This document shows positions 41,158 through 49,511 of a stretch of 64,000 nt of DNA, one piece after another. Position 1 is the first letter of the stretch; every line of letters starts with the position of its first letter. The notes below the pieces were generated by a model, which worked only from the letters and a program-made list of their open reading frames with translations, had not been told where the DNA came from and ran no database searches. Position numbers and translations under genes: made by a program. This stretch comes from Bdellovibrionota bacterium FG-1 (GTDB taxonomy: Bacteria; Bdellovibrionota; UBA1018), in assembly GCA_051382295.1 (NCBI GenBank), contig JBBCAW010000013.1, positions 82,610 to 146,609 of the forward strand, given 5' to 3'.

Positions 41158-42571
41158 GAATACCTTCCTTGCCCGAAAGGGCTATAAGAGTAATAATTTG
41201 ATTGAGGATCTGTGCGTCAATGTGCGCCGCACCTACTTTCGCTTGTAGGGCAGCATTATTGGCAGTCTGGACATCGATCAAATTATTTTTACCGGCCTTG
41301 TAAGAACCATAATAAAGTTTTGCGCTTTCCTCGGATTGTAAAACATCTTGCGCCGCAAGCTTTTGCTGTTCACGGAGGCTGCTGAGCATTTCCAGGGATT
41401 TTTCATAATCTCGCAGGAGATCGACGCGCAACTGATCGGCTCGAAAACGTGTGCCGTCAGCCTCCTTTCGTTTTTCGGAGGCAAGATGCCAAGTCGGATC
41501 ACCTAAATACAGGGGCATCGACAGGCTCAGGGCTACTGCATTTTGGTGAATTTGCTCGGGTATCGGCCCATTTGGATAAGTGAGGGTTGTGCTGGCTGAC
41601 ACCCCGAGTGTGGGAAGAAGCTTGGCTTTCTGCCCTGATGCCGCTCGATCGGTAGCATCTGCGAGGAGTAACTGACCTCGGAGTTGCGGATGAAGGTCAT
41701 TAGGTGCTGAGGATTCAAACTGACCAAGAACAGCCAAAGTAGTCGAAAGTGTGTCGAGTTTAAGCACGAGAGAAACGTGCTCCACATCGGGGGGTCCGGG
41801 GTAATAAAACTGCGAAGACCGAAAAGCCTCCGTAAGATGACCAGGTCCGACAAGGGCCATTAAATCTCTCAACACCGCCGAGAGGTCTGCTTGCTTTTGC
41901 TTAAATTGCAACTCGTAGCTTAAAATTTGCCGATTGGATGTGACCAAATCAAGGCGGGTGGCAGCCCCAGCGTGAAAACGTGTCGTAATGTCGTGGTCTT
42001 GAGCTTTCGCTAATTTGAGCGAACCATTGACCAGACGAAACTCCTCTAGCGCTAACTGTACACGCACGTAAGTAGAGCGAACAAGATAAAGAAGCTGACT
42101 CTGGACGGCCTCTCGATCTTGGCCACGCGCCTCGGCAAGTTTGTTTAAAGATTGGTATGAATCAAGGGCAGAAAAGTTGTCCCAAAAGGTATAACTCAAG
42201 GCAGGGCCAATACTATAGCTCGAATGTGACGTCAGTTGAATGGGGGGGCCTGCCCCTATCGCCAAGCTCGGTACGGTACCCAGATACTGATACCCGGCTT
42301 GAAGCGTAAGCCGAGGCAGAAGTGTCGAAAATCCCGCTTTGGCCTGCTCTAAGGCAGCCTCTTCGTCTGTGGCCGCCGCCTTGAGACGACTTGAAAACCT
42401 GATCGCTTCAGATTCAGCATCTCGAAAGGATAGCTCGAAGTTTTCACTTTGAGGTAATGCGAAAGCAGATCCAGCCGCGCATAAAGATGCTATCGCATAA
42501 ATCAAAATTCCAAGCGAAACACTGGGATTACCCTTTTCAACACGAATGTAAGTATTCATAGATACTCCCAA
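41150..42571 (-). CDS. TolC-family outer-membrane efflux protein
   Basis: Signal peptide; two OEP repeats (LLPRLTL, RFHAGAAT.LD, YKAG..N.IDV). Confidence 0.9.
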   Translation of the reverse strand: MGVSMNTYIRVEKGNPSVSLGILIYAIASLCAAGSAFALPQSENFELSFRDAESEAIRFSSRLKAAATDEEAALEQAKAGFSTLLPRLTLQAGYQYLGTVPSLAIGAGPPIQLTSHSSYSIGPALSYTFWDNFSALDSYQSLNKLAEARGQDREAVQSQLLYLVRSTYVRVQLALEEFRLVNGSLKLAKAQDHDITTRFHAGAATRLDLVTSNRQILSYELQFKQKQADLSAVLRDLMALVGPGHLTEAFRSSQFYYPGPPDVEHVSLVLKLDTLSTTLAVLGQFESSAPNDLHPQLRGQLLLADATDRAASGQKAKLLPTLGVSASTTLTYPNGPIPEQIHQNAVALSLSMPLYLGDPTWHLASEKRKEADGTRFRADQLRVDLLRDYEKSLEMLSSLREQQKLAAQDVLQSEESAKLYYGSYKAGKNNLIDVQTANNAALQAKVGAAHIDAQILNQIITLIALSGKEGIHD

Positions 42572-42689
42572 AAAATCGCCTAACGTTGGCCAGTATCACC
42601 TCATGAACCGAGGATCCGATTTTATAGCCCGATCTATTGCACTGTACAGACTTGATATCGACCTTCAACACAAAAACGTCCCGAAAGAG

Positions 42690-42860
42690 GTGGCAAAAAC
42701 AAAAACTCGAAACTGCTCGCATCAACTAAAATTTGATATTCGGCGCTGGGGTAAATGGATTGGATGTCACGCTTCGTCACGGTAAGCGTGTCCGCCTCGC
42801 TGATCATCGTGAGATGGTGGAATTTGTTTCATGCTCCTATCTAGGCTTAGATCAACGGCT
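42690..42860 (+). pseudogene. N-terminal fragment of a PLP-dependent class I/II aminotransferase (BioF/Kbl-like)
   Basis: GKRVRLADHREMVEFVSCSYLGLDQ motif, after which similarity ends. Boundaries approximate. Confidence 0.6.
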
Positions 42861-43110
42861 ATTCTATTCCAGTCTTCGTGTTCGCGAGCCAGAAATGCAA
42901 TCCTGGTCAGCGCCTCGGACGTGTTTCAGGAATCAGACAGCTGTCTGTCGCCTTACTCACACTCCTCTTGGTACCCGCCCTTTCGTCTATGACGGAAGGC
43001 TTAAAACCATTAGCCGCAGCCTTTGCTCTCATGGCGGCTATTATCTTCCTATTTTCTTGGATGTCTAATGCTTTGCCAAAGACCACCTACCCTCCGCAGA
43101 AAGAAGACTG
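42860..43110 (+). pseudogene. C-terminal fragment of an MFS-like membrane protein
   Basis: LGRVSGIRQLSVALLTLLL followed by two hydrophobic helices; no N-terminal part. Confidence 0.4.
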
Positions 43111-43111
43111 T

Positions 43112-43916
43112 ATGAAACACCTCTATCTCATCCAACAATCGCGTTTAAAAGTAAAATGGGCCAATCTGGTTTCACCGGAACTACGCCTCGTTCTGATCAC
43201 GAACCCCCTCACCCGAAATAAGCTTCCCGATACTGATGCAAATCGGATTGACCGACTTGTCGTGACTGAAGATTTTCGGTTCGAAAACCTCCTGGCCATT
43301 ATCGAATCCGACCCAAAGTGTCTCGAAGACTCCATCGTTTTTGTAACCACCGACGAATTTTTGGTGGCTACCGTTGCGCAGCTTAACGAACATTTTGGAC
43401 TACCGGGCGTTCAACCCGAGCAGGCGCTTCGTTATTTGAATAAAGAAAAAATGAAACAAGCCCTTGTCGATAGCGGCATACGATACCCTCGGTTTGTTCG
43501 TTTCGAGCCGCAGACCTTCGAGCTCGAGGGCCAGAAATACCTAAAACGCATCCTCCGATACACCGGACTACCTTGCTTTATAAAGCCGCTTACGGCTGCT
43601 GGAGCTTTAGGAACCGAAAAAATTGAAAATCCAGAGCAACTGCTGCGCTGGGCAAATGGACACCTAGGAGATTACGAATATGAGATTGATGAATTTATCA
43701 CGGGCGAACTGTTTCATTTAGATTCAATTATCTTAAAATGGGAAAATCAGCCTCACGTTAAGTGGACGGTATTTTTTTCCGCCGGCTGCTTTTTTTGACG
43801 GAAAAATTTGTGGAAGTTTTGCCCTACCCCCTTCTGACTCGCGCCACCAAGCGCTTGCCAAACTAAACCAGAGCGTCTTGGAAAGGTTAGGAATTTTTAA
43901 TGGAGCCTACCACTTA
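43112..43916 (+). pseudogene. ATP-grasp ligase, frameshifted and IS-truncated
   Basis: NKEKMK, PCFIKP..AAGA.G and IDEFITG..FHLD. Frame change near 43738 continues NGKISL...LGIFNGAYHL, then the IS begins. Confidence 0.8.
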
Positions 43917-43936
43917 GCGTCCGCCCAACAATAACT

Positions 43937-44884
43937 TTACATTTTCTGAGGTCGGATCGTGTAGTTCCACTTCGGCAGATTTGGATGAAAGTCCATGCGC
44001 AGTTTTTGCATTTCTGCGTCTGTGATCTTAACCCCTTTGGGGTAGTGACGACGGATAAGACGGGCAGAGACGCTCAGGCCCGTCTTGGTTTTGGTCGTTC
44101 GAATGTAGTTCAGTACGGTTTTGAAGCTTGAGAGCGGTATACCGGCCCAATTCTTGCTGATTTCGCTAAAGAGGCGGTGCTCGATCGGATTCCATTTCGA
44201 TGCACCAGGCGGGTAGTGGCTGACATTTACTGTAAGCCCGTGGATATTACAGAGTTTGTGTTGAAGTTGATATTTCCATGCACGTGTTCTGCAGCCGTTA
44301 CTTCCGCCCGCGTCCGCCAGGATGAGAAGTTTTCTGCTGTCCGGATATTGTTTACAGCCCTCATGAGCCCACCAGCTGACAATTGAATCCACGGCGAATT
44401 CGGCGGTGTCAGCACTTTTGCCGACGCACACGAACCCACGGTTTGACGTCGTGTCGTAAATTCCGTATGGCGCCGCCATACCTTTTCCGTCCGATCGAAA
44501 ATCGTGATCGTTGACCAGTTCCGGTGTCTGCCGCCACGTTTTGCCTGGATTTTTAAACTGCCCCACCAACTCTTTCTTCTTGGTATCCACGCTGATGACC
44601 GGATGGGCATTTCTCTCAAATTTATCCCGGAAGTTTCGGATCGTGCCAAATTGCTCGTTCCGGATTACCTGAGTGGTCTTTGATCCTCTGGATAGTTTTT
44701 TGTGATTAACACGCAAGGAGAAGTCCATCTGCTTCAAAAGCCTTCCAACGGTGTTCTTGGATACGCGCAGCCCAAGTCGTAAAAGCTGGGCAGATATTTT
44801 CTCGGTCGTCTTGCGAGTCCACTTCAAGCCGCTCATCGGGTCGCCGGCAGTTTCGTAGTCCATCAAGCAGCGGATCTCTTTCAT
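43937..44884 (-). CDS. ISAzo13 transposase, catalytic (DDE) part
   Basis: ISVDTKKKELVG, DHDF, AD.GGSNG and YPPG.SKWNPIEHRLFS. Confidence 0.95.
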   Translation of the reverse strand: MKEIRCLMDYETAGDPMSGLKWTRKTTEKISAQLLRLGLRVSKNTVGRLLKQMDFSLRVNHKKLSRGSKTTQVIRNEQFGTIRNFRDKFERNAHPVISVDTKKKELVGQFKNPGKTWRQTPELVNDHDFRSDGKGMAAPYGIYDTTSNRGFVCVGKSADTAEFAVDSIVSWWAHEGCKQYPDSRKLLILADAGGSNGCRTRAWKYQLQHKLCNIHGLTVNVSHYPPGASKWNPIEHRLFSEISKNWAGIPLSSFKTVLNYIRTTKTKTGLSVSARLIRRHYPKGVKITDAEMQKLRMDFHPNLPKWNYTIRPQKM

Positions 44885-45642
44885 GATCTCCGGTGTTTTT
44901 TTTCCAGGGCCACTCTACCGCCGCCCTCTCTTCGGGTTCGGTCGATTTCGACATCTTGTGCCAGTAACTGCCGTCTTCCAGCGGCCACTGTATGTGCGTC
45001 GAGCCCCAGTAGTTCTCCTATTTTGCGATCACCACCATGGCCGAGCTTGAGGGATTCCAGGCCGGCATAGAGCCGCTGCTGTTGCTCGTCCAGCAGACAA
45101 AAAAACAGGATAATCGCCGCTTTCAGCTCATCAGGGATGACTTCATGTCCCAGCATTCGGAATCCCGGTTCCGCTTCCTGCTCCCGGCGGATGGTCAACT
45201 GTTTGCGCCGAAGCTCGACATCGTTTGAGCAGTAGACATAAAGTCCGGATATCTTCTCGCGCTGAATTGTGTGACGACCAATCAAGGTCAACAGAGCCTG
45301 TTTTACTTCAACATGAAGAGCATTTTCCAATTCGTCCGCATGGTAACCATTTGGTGCCCGATTCACGAATGCAGCGATCGTCTTGAGAAGATTGCCGTAC
45401 TTGGAGAACCATGTCGACTGACAACACCAAAGTCCGTCTCGATCAAACTCCGCGATCTCCGGTATAGTATAATACATGCCGCGATGGGAATAGCTTGTAA
45501 GATACGACAGCTCCTTGAGTTTTCTAAAAATCGTCACATCGACGGATGTGCCAAGCTCCGTCTTGAGATCTTCAAGCGTTGCGATTTGTCGCTGTTTTAG
45601 GAGGTGTTTTAGTGTTTTTGAGGAGAATGATTCCATTCGCAT
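44881..45642 (-). CDS. ISAzo13 ORF A (N-terminal/DNA-binding part), joined to the DDE part by -1 slippage
   Basis: LDEQQQRLYAGLES..LGHGG and RREGGGR; A8 run at 44896-44903. Confidence 0.85.
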   Translation of the reverse strand: MRMESFSSKTLKHLLKQRQIATLEDLKTELGTSVDVTIFRKLKELSYLTSYSHRGMYYTIPEIAEFDRDGLWCCQSTWFSKYGNLLKTIAAFVNRAPNGYHADELENALHVEVKQALLTLIGRHTIQREKISGLYVYCSNDVELRRKQLTIRREQEAEPGFRMLGHEVIPDELKAAIILFFCLLDEQQQRLYAGLESLKLGHGGDRKIGELLGLDAHTVAAGRRQLLAQDVEIDRTRREGGGRVALEKKHRRS

Positions 45643-45853
45643 AATGTTATAATTAAACCTATAGTGGTCATAATAGGTTGAACTATAACATTATGCAAGA
45701 AGACTTTCTCTGCCGGCAATTAGATCGAATTGCCGGCGAAATAGGATACAGTTTTGATTGTTTTAATGAATGCTGGCCTGTGCTGACGTCGCCAACTCGA
45801 TGACTTGAGAACTTATTCTGTTAAGTTATTGTTGGGCGGACGCTTAGGGCGCC

Positions 45854-46249
45854 TCACTGGCTCCACTTGATGAATCCTGCGTAGGACATCCAGATTCCAG
45901 ATTGAAGCTCTATTTTGACAGTATTGTCATGTGTGATCAGGATATTTTTTACCGCCGTGCCGTGCCTGAGCGCTGTTGCTTGATTCGTGTGAAACTCCTC
46001 GTATCCACCTATGTTCATGTTCGGAACTTGAACATAGTATACGGATTTCTCAGAGTCCCGCTTCCTTTCGATGTCCTTGAGGGCATCGTAGATCTTCACG
46101 GACTCCTTTGCGGCTTCGGCCGATGCCAGGGCGGCTTTGGCCTGAATATTCCCTACCCGTAGGAGCGCACAGGTCAATATTGCCAAAGCAACTGTTGCAA
46201 TCGCCGACACCGCACCCGTATTTATATTGAACCAGTCAATTACGCACAT
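45854..46249 (-). CDS. Hypothetical protein with N-terminal TM helix and coiled segment
   Basis: 131 aa ORF; AVSAIATVALAILT...QAKAA..SAEAA. Confidence 0.6.
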   Translation of the reverse strand: MCVIDWFNINTGAVSAIATVALAILTCALLRVGNIQAKAALASAEAAKESVKIYDALKDIERKRDSEKSVYYVQVPNMNIGGYEEFHTNQATALRHGTAVKNILITHDNTVKIELQSGIWMSYAGFIKWSQ

Positions 46250-46459
46250 GGGTCGATCATACCACGCCGGGGCGTGCCTGCCTCATCCGATCTCCTCCGT
46301 CCCGGCTCCAGGCCGGAGTCTCAAACCCCTCTGCTCCCAGGAATTTATTACATCGCGAACGCACGTGACCGACTTGAGTTGTGTCGAGCCTAGAACGGCG
46401 CCCCCACGCTGTCACGCCAGGAAGAGGTAGTTAAATTTGATGGTTGGTCTAGATCGTTT

Positions 46460-46918
46460 CTATTCGCACCAGACGTAAAATTCATATTCTTCGTCCTGCG
46501 AGGCATTCAATAGTCCGACGTAAAAATATAATCGTTGAGCAGTTTTCCGACTCTTATTCTGGGCGCATTGAAGTGGGACGGACGTGCTAGTTCCCAATTG
46601 GGCAGCTTGATTGCCGGCCGCCGTGCAGCCTACGACGAGAGCGCCATTACCGTTGTTATTGCGCGATACTTCGCAAAAAGTTCCACTGCCGGGCAGACTG
46701 TAAAGATTGAGTGGGCCAGTCTTCAGGTCGGATATGGCGATGGATCTTCGTTCAGTTGAGGTTCTCGTGAATTTGGCCGTCTTAATATTCTTTTCAAACT
46801 GCTTCACAATTTCCGATGAAACCCGCGTAGGGTCTCCTGCGAGACTTGAATATGCGCAAAATGACCCGAAAATATATGCCAATATTCCCAGCAAGTGAAT
46901 CCTTCGAGTGTGCTCCAT
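46460..46918 (-). CDS. Secreted hypothetical protein (Cys-containing)
   Basis: 152 aa; signal-peptide-like N-terminus and four Cys in the mature part. Confidence 0.6.
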   Translation of the reverse strand: MEHTRRIHLLGILAYIFGSFCAYSSLAGDPTRVSSEIVKQFEKNIKTAKFTRTSTERRSIAISDLKTGPLNLYSLPGSGTFCEVSRNNNGNGALVVGCTAAGNQAAQLGTSTSVPLQCAQNKSRKTAQRLYFYVGLLNASQDEEYEFYVWCE

Positions 46919-47089
46919 AAGGGTTCATTATATCGTAAATGGGGGTATCCGAGAGTATAAAGTATTGAATTAGACCACGCCGGTTTGCTGAAGGTAAGGC
47001 TGGCAATGGGCAACGTATCACCTTTACGAACCTCTGCTTGGGCGATAGTCTCGAAGTTCAACCAAGTAGTGACCGTGAAGGGATTGTCT

Positions 47090-48031
47090 ATGCCTCTATT
47101 TCAAATTGATGACAAGAAGTTGACACTGATGAAGCCAACCAACTTCGGCATGGAGAAAGACCTCCAGCAACTCATCGAAACTAATCTGACCACGGTCTTC
47201 GATTGCCGGTTTGTTGCATCGGAGTTCCCAACAGGGGCGGAGCACGCGGGCCGGATTGACAGCTTGGCGCTCTCTGAGGACAGCAACCCGGTCATCATCG
47301 AATACAAAAAGGTCGAGTCTTCCGAACTCATCAATCAGTCGCTTTATTATCTTTCTTGGATCAACGACCATCGCGGTGACTTCGAGATCGCCGTCCACAA
47401 GGCCCTGGGCAATACCACCAAAGTCGATTGGTCTGATGTCCGGGTGATCTGCATTGCGCCAGGGTACAAAAAGTTCGATCTTCACGCAGTCAAGGTCATG
47501 GGGGCGAACATCGAACTTTGGCAGTACCGCCTGTTCGATAACGGGGCGCTCTACTTTGAAGAGATATTCAGAAAGAGCACTTCATTGATCGGCGATGTGG
47601 GTGTTTTGAGCGATGGTAAGAACCCAATCATGGTCGCGGCAGGGAAGAAAGCTGCCGCCACCCGAGCAAGCGGAAGTTATACTGTCGAACAGCATCTCGA
47701 AGACATCGACGAGGAAATAAAGGAAATCGCGGTTGAACTCAGGGAGCAAATCTTGAACATCGGCGAGTCCGTCGAAGAATCACCCAAAAAGTTCTATATC
47801 GCTTACAAGGTCGCACAGAACTTCGTCTGCCTTGAAACCAACAAGAAGAAGATCACGCTGTTCCTCAAACTCAATCCGTCGGAACTTGGCAAGCTCCCAG
47901 TGAATGGCCGGGACGTTACTGGGATTGGCCATCAAGGAACCGGAGATTTTGAATTGACCGTCAGATCCAAGGATGAAATCGAAGAGGCAATCAAGTTCAT
48001 CCGCAGGGCGTTTGAGCGAGTGGGCGGCTAA
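47090..48031 (+). CDS. PD-(D/E)xK (NucS/DUF91-like) nuclease fused to a DUF5655-like domain
   Basis: EKDLQ, GRIDSLAL...PVIIEYKK and Q...Y; C-terminal KFYIAYK..NF and RDVTGIGHQGTGD.E. Confidence 0.85.
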   Translation: MPLFQIDDKKLTLMKPTNFGMEKDLQQLIETNLTTVFDCRFVASEFPTGAEHAGRIDSLALSEDSNPVIIEYKKVESSELINQSLYYLSWINDHRGDFEIAVHKALGNTTKVDWSDVRVICIAPGYKKFDLHAVKVMGANIELWQYRLFDNGALYFEEIFRKSTSLIGDVGVLSDGKNPIMVAAGKKAAATRASGSYTVEQHLEDIDEEIKEIAVELREQILNIGESVEESPKKFYIAYKVAQNFVCLETNKKKITLFLKLNPSELGKLPVNGRDVTGIGHQGTGDFELTVRSKDEIEEAIKFIRRAFERVGG

Positions 48032-48044
48032 ATCCAGGGATGAA

Positions 48045-48230
48045 CTAAAACCCGGTATTGGCTAAAACGTGAGGGCATTTATAGGCGATGCCGCTGATGG
48101 TCGCGGTCGATGTCCTGCCGCCACCCTCGCCGACGGTTAGCCCCATCTGATGCGTAGTCATGACCAAGTGAGTGGCGCCTTTTTCGGCAGCCTTATTTCT
48201 TCCGGCGTTGGTTGCGTACCTGCGCAGTGC
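48045..48230 (-). pseudogene. C-terminal remnant resembling DUF4156 lipoproteins
   Basis: Hand translation: NAGRNKAAEKGATHLV...SGIAYKCP; no usable start or signal peptide. Confidence 0.45.
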
Positions 48231-48505
48231 TACAATACTCGCTTCAGGCAGCGGAAGTATGCGCTCGCGATTTACCGCCCCGAGAATGACGATTACGTTA
48301 TTCCGAGACCTTGGAATTGCAACTGTAGGCTATTTATACATTTCAGCATACCACCTCACTCAGGCATTGCCTTGACTAATAACTTGTTAGTTATTAAGCA
48401 GATAGGATATGTTAATTGCAAAAGGCGTCTATCAACTACGCTAGAGTAGCGTGCCCCCTTTCGGGGCCTAATTTGTCCATGCAGAAATGGCCGAGAGGGA
48501 TCTCT

Positions 48506-49140
48506 ATGCGAAAATTGGCGACCTATGTACTTACTGGACTCGGATTATTAAGCAGCGTGGCATTGGTCTTGACGTTCATCGGCAGAGGCCAAGTTTTTAT
48601 CCTGGTTCCCGGATTTCTTTGCCTCTTGACGTTGCTGCCTGTGTGCCGCACCAAAGTTGGGCAGTTTGTATCCCTCCTTTGCGGCGCAGCCTTGCTCTTA
48701 ACGACCATTTCTGGAGCGTTTTTCGCGCTCATACCCCAGCGGAGCCATGATTGGCTCGACTACACCACCTACCTGGGCGACGGAACGATTTTACTTTTTG
48801 CTGGCGCCCTCTCTTTTACCAGCGGCGGCGGTCTTACTGTGCGAAAACTGGCGACCTATGTGCTTACTGGACTCGGATTACTGAGCAGCGTGGCATTGGT
48901 CCTGACGTTCATCGGCAAAGGCCAAGTTTTTATTCTGGTTCCTGGATTTCTTTGTTTATTAACATTACTGCCTGTGTCCCAAACCAAAGTTGGGCAGTTT
49001 GTATGCCTCCTTTGCGGCGCAGCTTTGCTATTAACCATCATTTCTGGAGCATTTTTCGCGCTCATACCCCAGCGGAGCCATGATTGGCTCGACTACACAG
49101 TCTATATTGGTGACGGAGCTGTTTTACTTATCGTTGGCGC
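48506..49140 (+). repeat. 333-bp-period direct repeat
   Basis: Copies start at 48506 and 48839 and are highly similar at the DNA level. Confidence 0.9.
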
Positions 49141-49162
49141 TCGAGAACTGTTCGCCGATTAG
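48506..49162 (+). CDS. Membrane protein formed by internal tandem duplication (2 x ~4 TM)
   Basis: RKLATYVLTGLGLLSSVAL...HDWLDYT occurs twice. Confidence 0.75.
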   Translation: MRKLATYVLTGLGLLSSVALVLTFIGRGQVFILVPGFLCLLTLLPVCRTKVGQFVSLLCGAALLLTTISGAFFALIPQRSHDWLDYTTYLGDGTILLFAGALSFTSGGGLTVRKLATYVLTGLGLLSSVALVLTFIGKGQVFILVPGFLCLLTLLPVSQTKVGQFVCLLCGAALLLTIISGAFFALIPQRSHDWLDYTVYIGDGAVLLIVGARELFAD

Positions 49163-49208
49163 CCACCCCAACAGCGGCCGCGATCATCGAAGGCAGAGCC
49201 ATCCAAAA

Positions 49209-49508
49209 CTAAAATTTAAACTCAGGAAAGGCGTACTGATGAGCATGGCTCAAAGGATCGGAAAAGTGCATGACCGACGACCCCGCATGATCGACATGGA
49301 CCGACATTTCGCTGAGGTTGTGGTGGCCGTCGAACACATTCTTGCCACCCAGGACGTTCGCCTCACTATGGTGAGCCAAGTTGCCATGTGAATCGTAGTG
49401 GTCATGGCCACCGAAAAGATTCTTGAAAGATACGGATGGCGAGGAGCCGTCCTGATGAAAATGTTGAGTGGCATCGCCAAAATGGCTTCCTGAATCGTAA
49501 CTATCCAT
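49209..49508 (-). CDS. Small His/Ser/Gly-rich repeat protein, last gene of the dynamin operon
   Basis: 99 aa; NLFGGHDHYDSHGNL / NVLGGKNVFDGHHNL; starts 3 nt after the dynamin stop. Confidence 0.7.
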   Translation of the reverse strand: MDSYDSGSHFGDATQHFHQDGSSPSVSFKNLFGGHDHYDSHGNLAHHSEANVLGGKNVFDGHHNLSEMSVHVDHAGSSVMHFSDPLSHAHQYAFPEFKF

Positions 49509-49511
49509 TTT

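Larger units (their letters stand above)
43917..45843 (-). mobile_element. ISAzo13-family insertion sequence
   Basis: Perfect 21-bp IR GCGTCCGCCCAACAATAACTT (43917-43937 / 45823-45843), flanked by TTA on both sides. Confidence 0.93.

Noticed and set aside
48390..48420. dif/Xer-like site (ATATGTTAATT)
   Set aside because: Only a partial XerD-arm match, no XerC arm, and not adjacent to the IS1202-like element.
48506..49140. 333-bp repeat as a DGR TR/VR pair or CRISPR
   Set aside because: Differences are not adenine-restricted, both copies lie in one reading frame, and there are no spacers.
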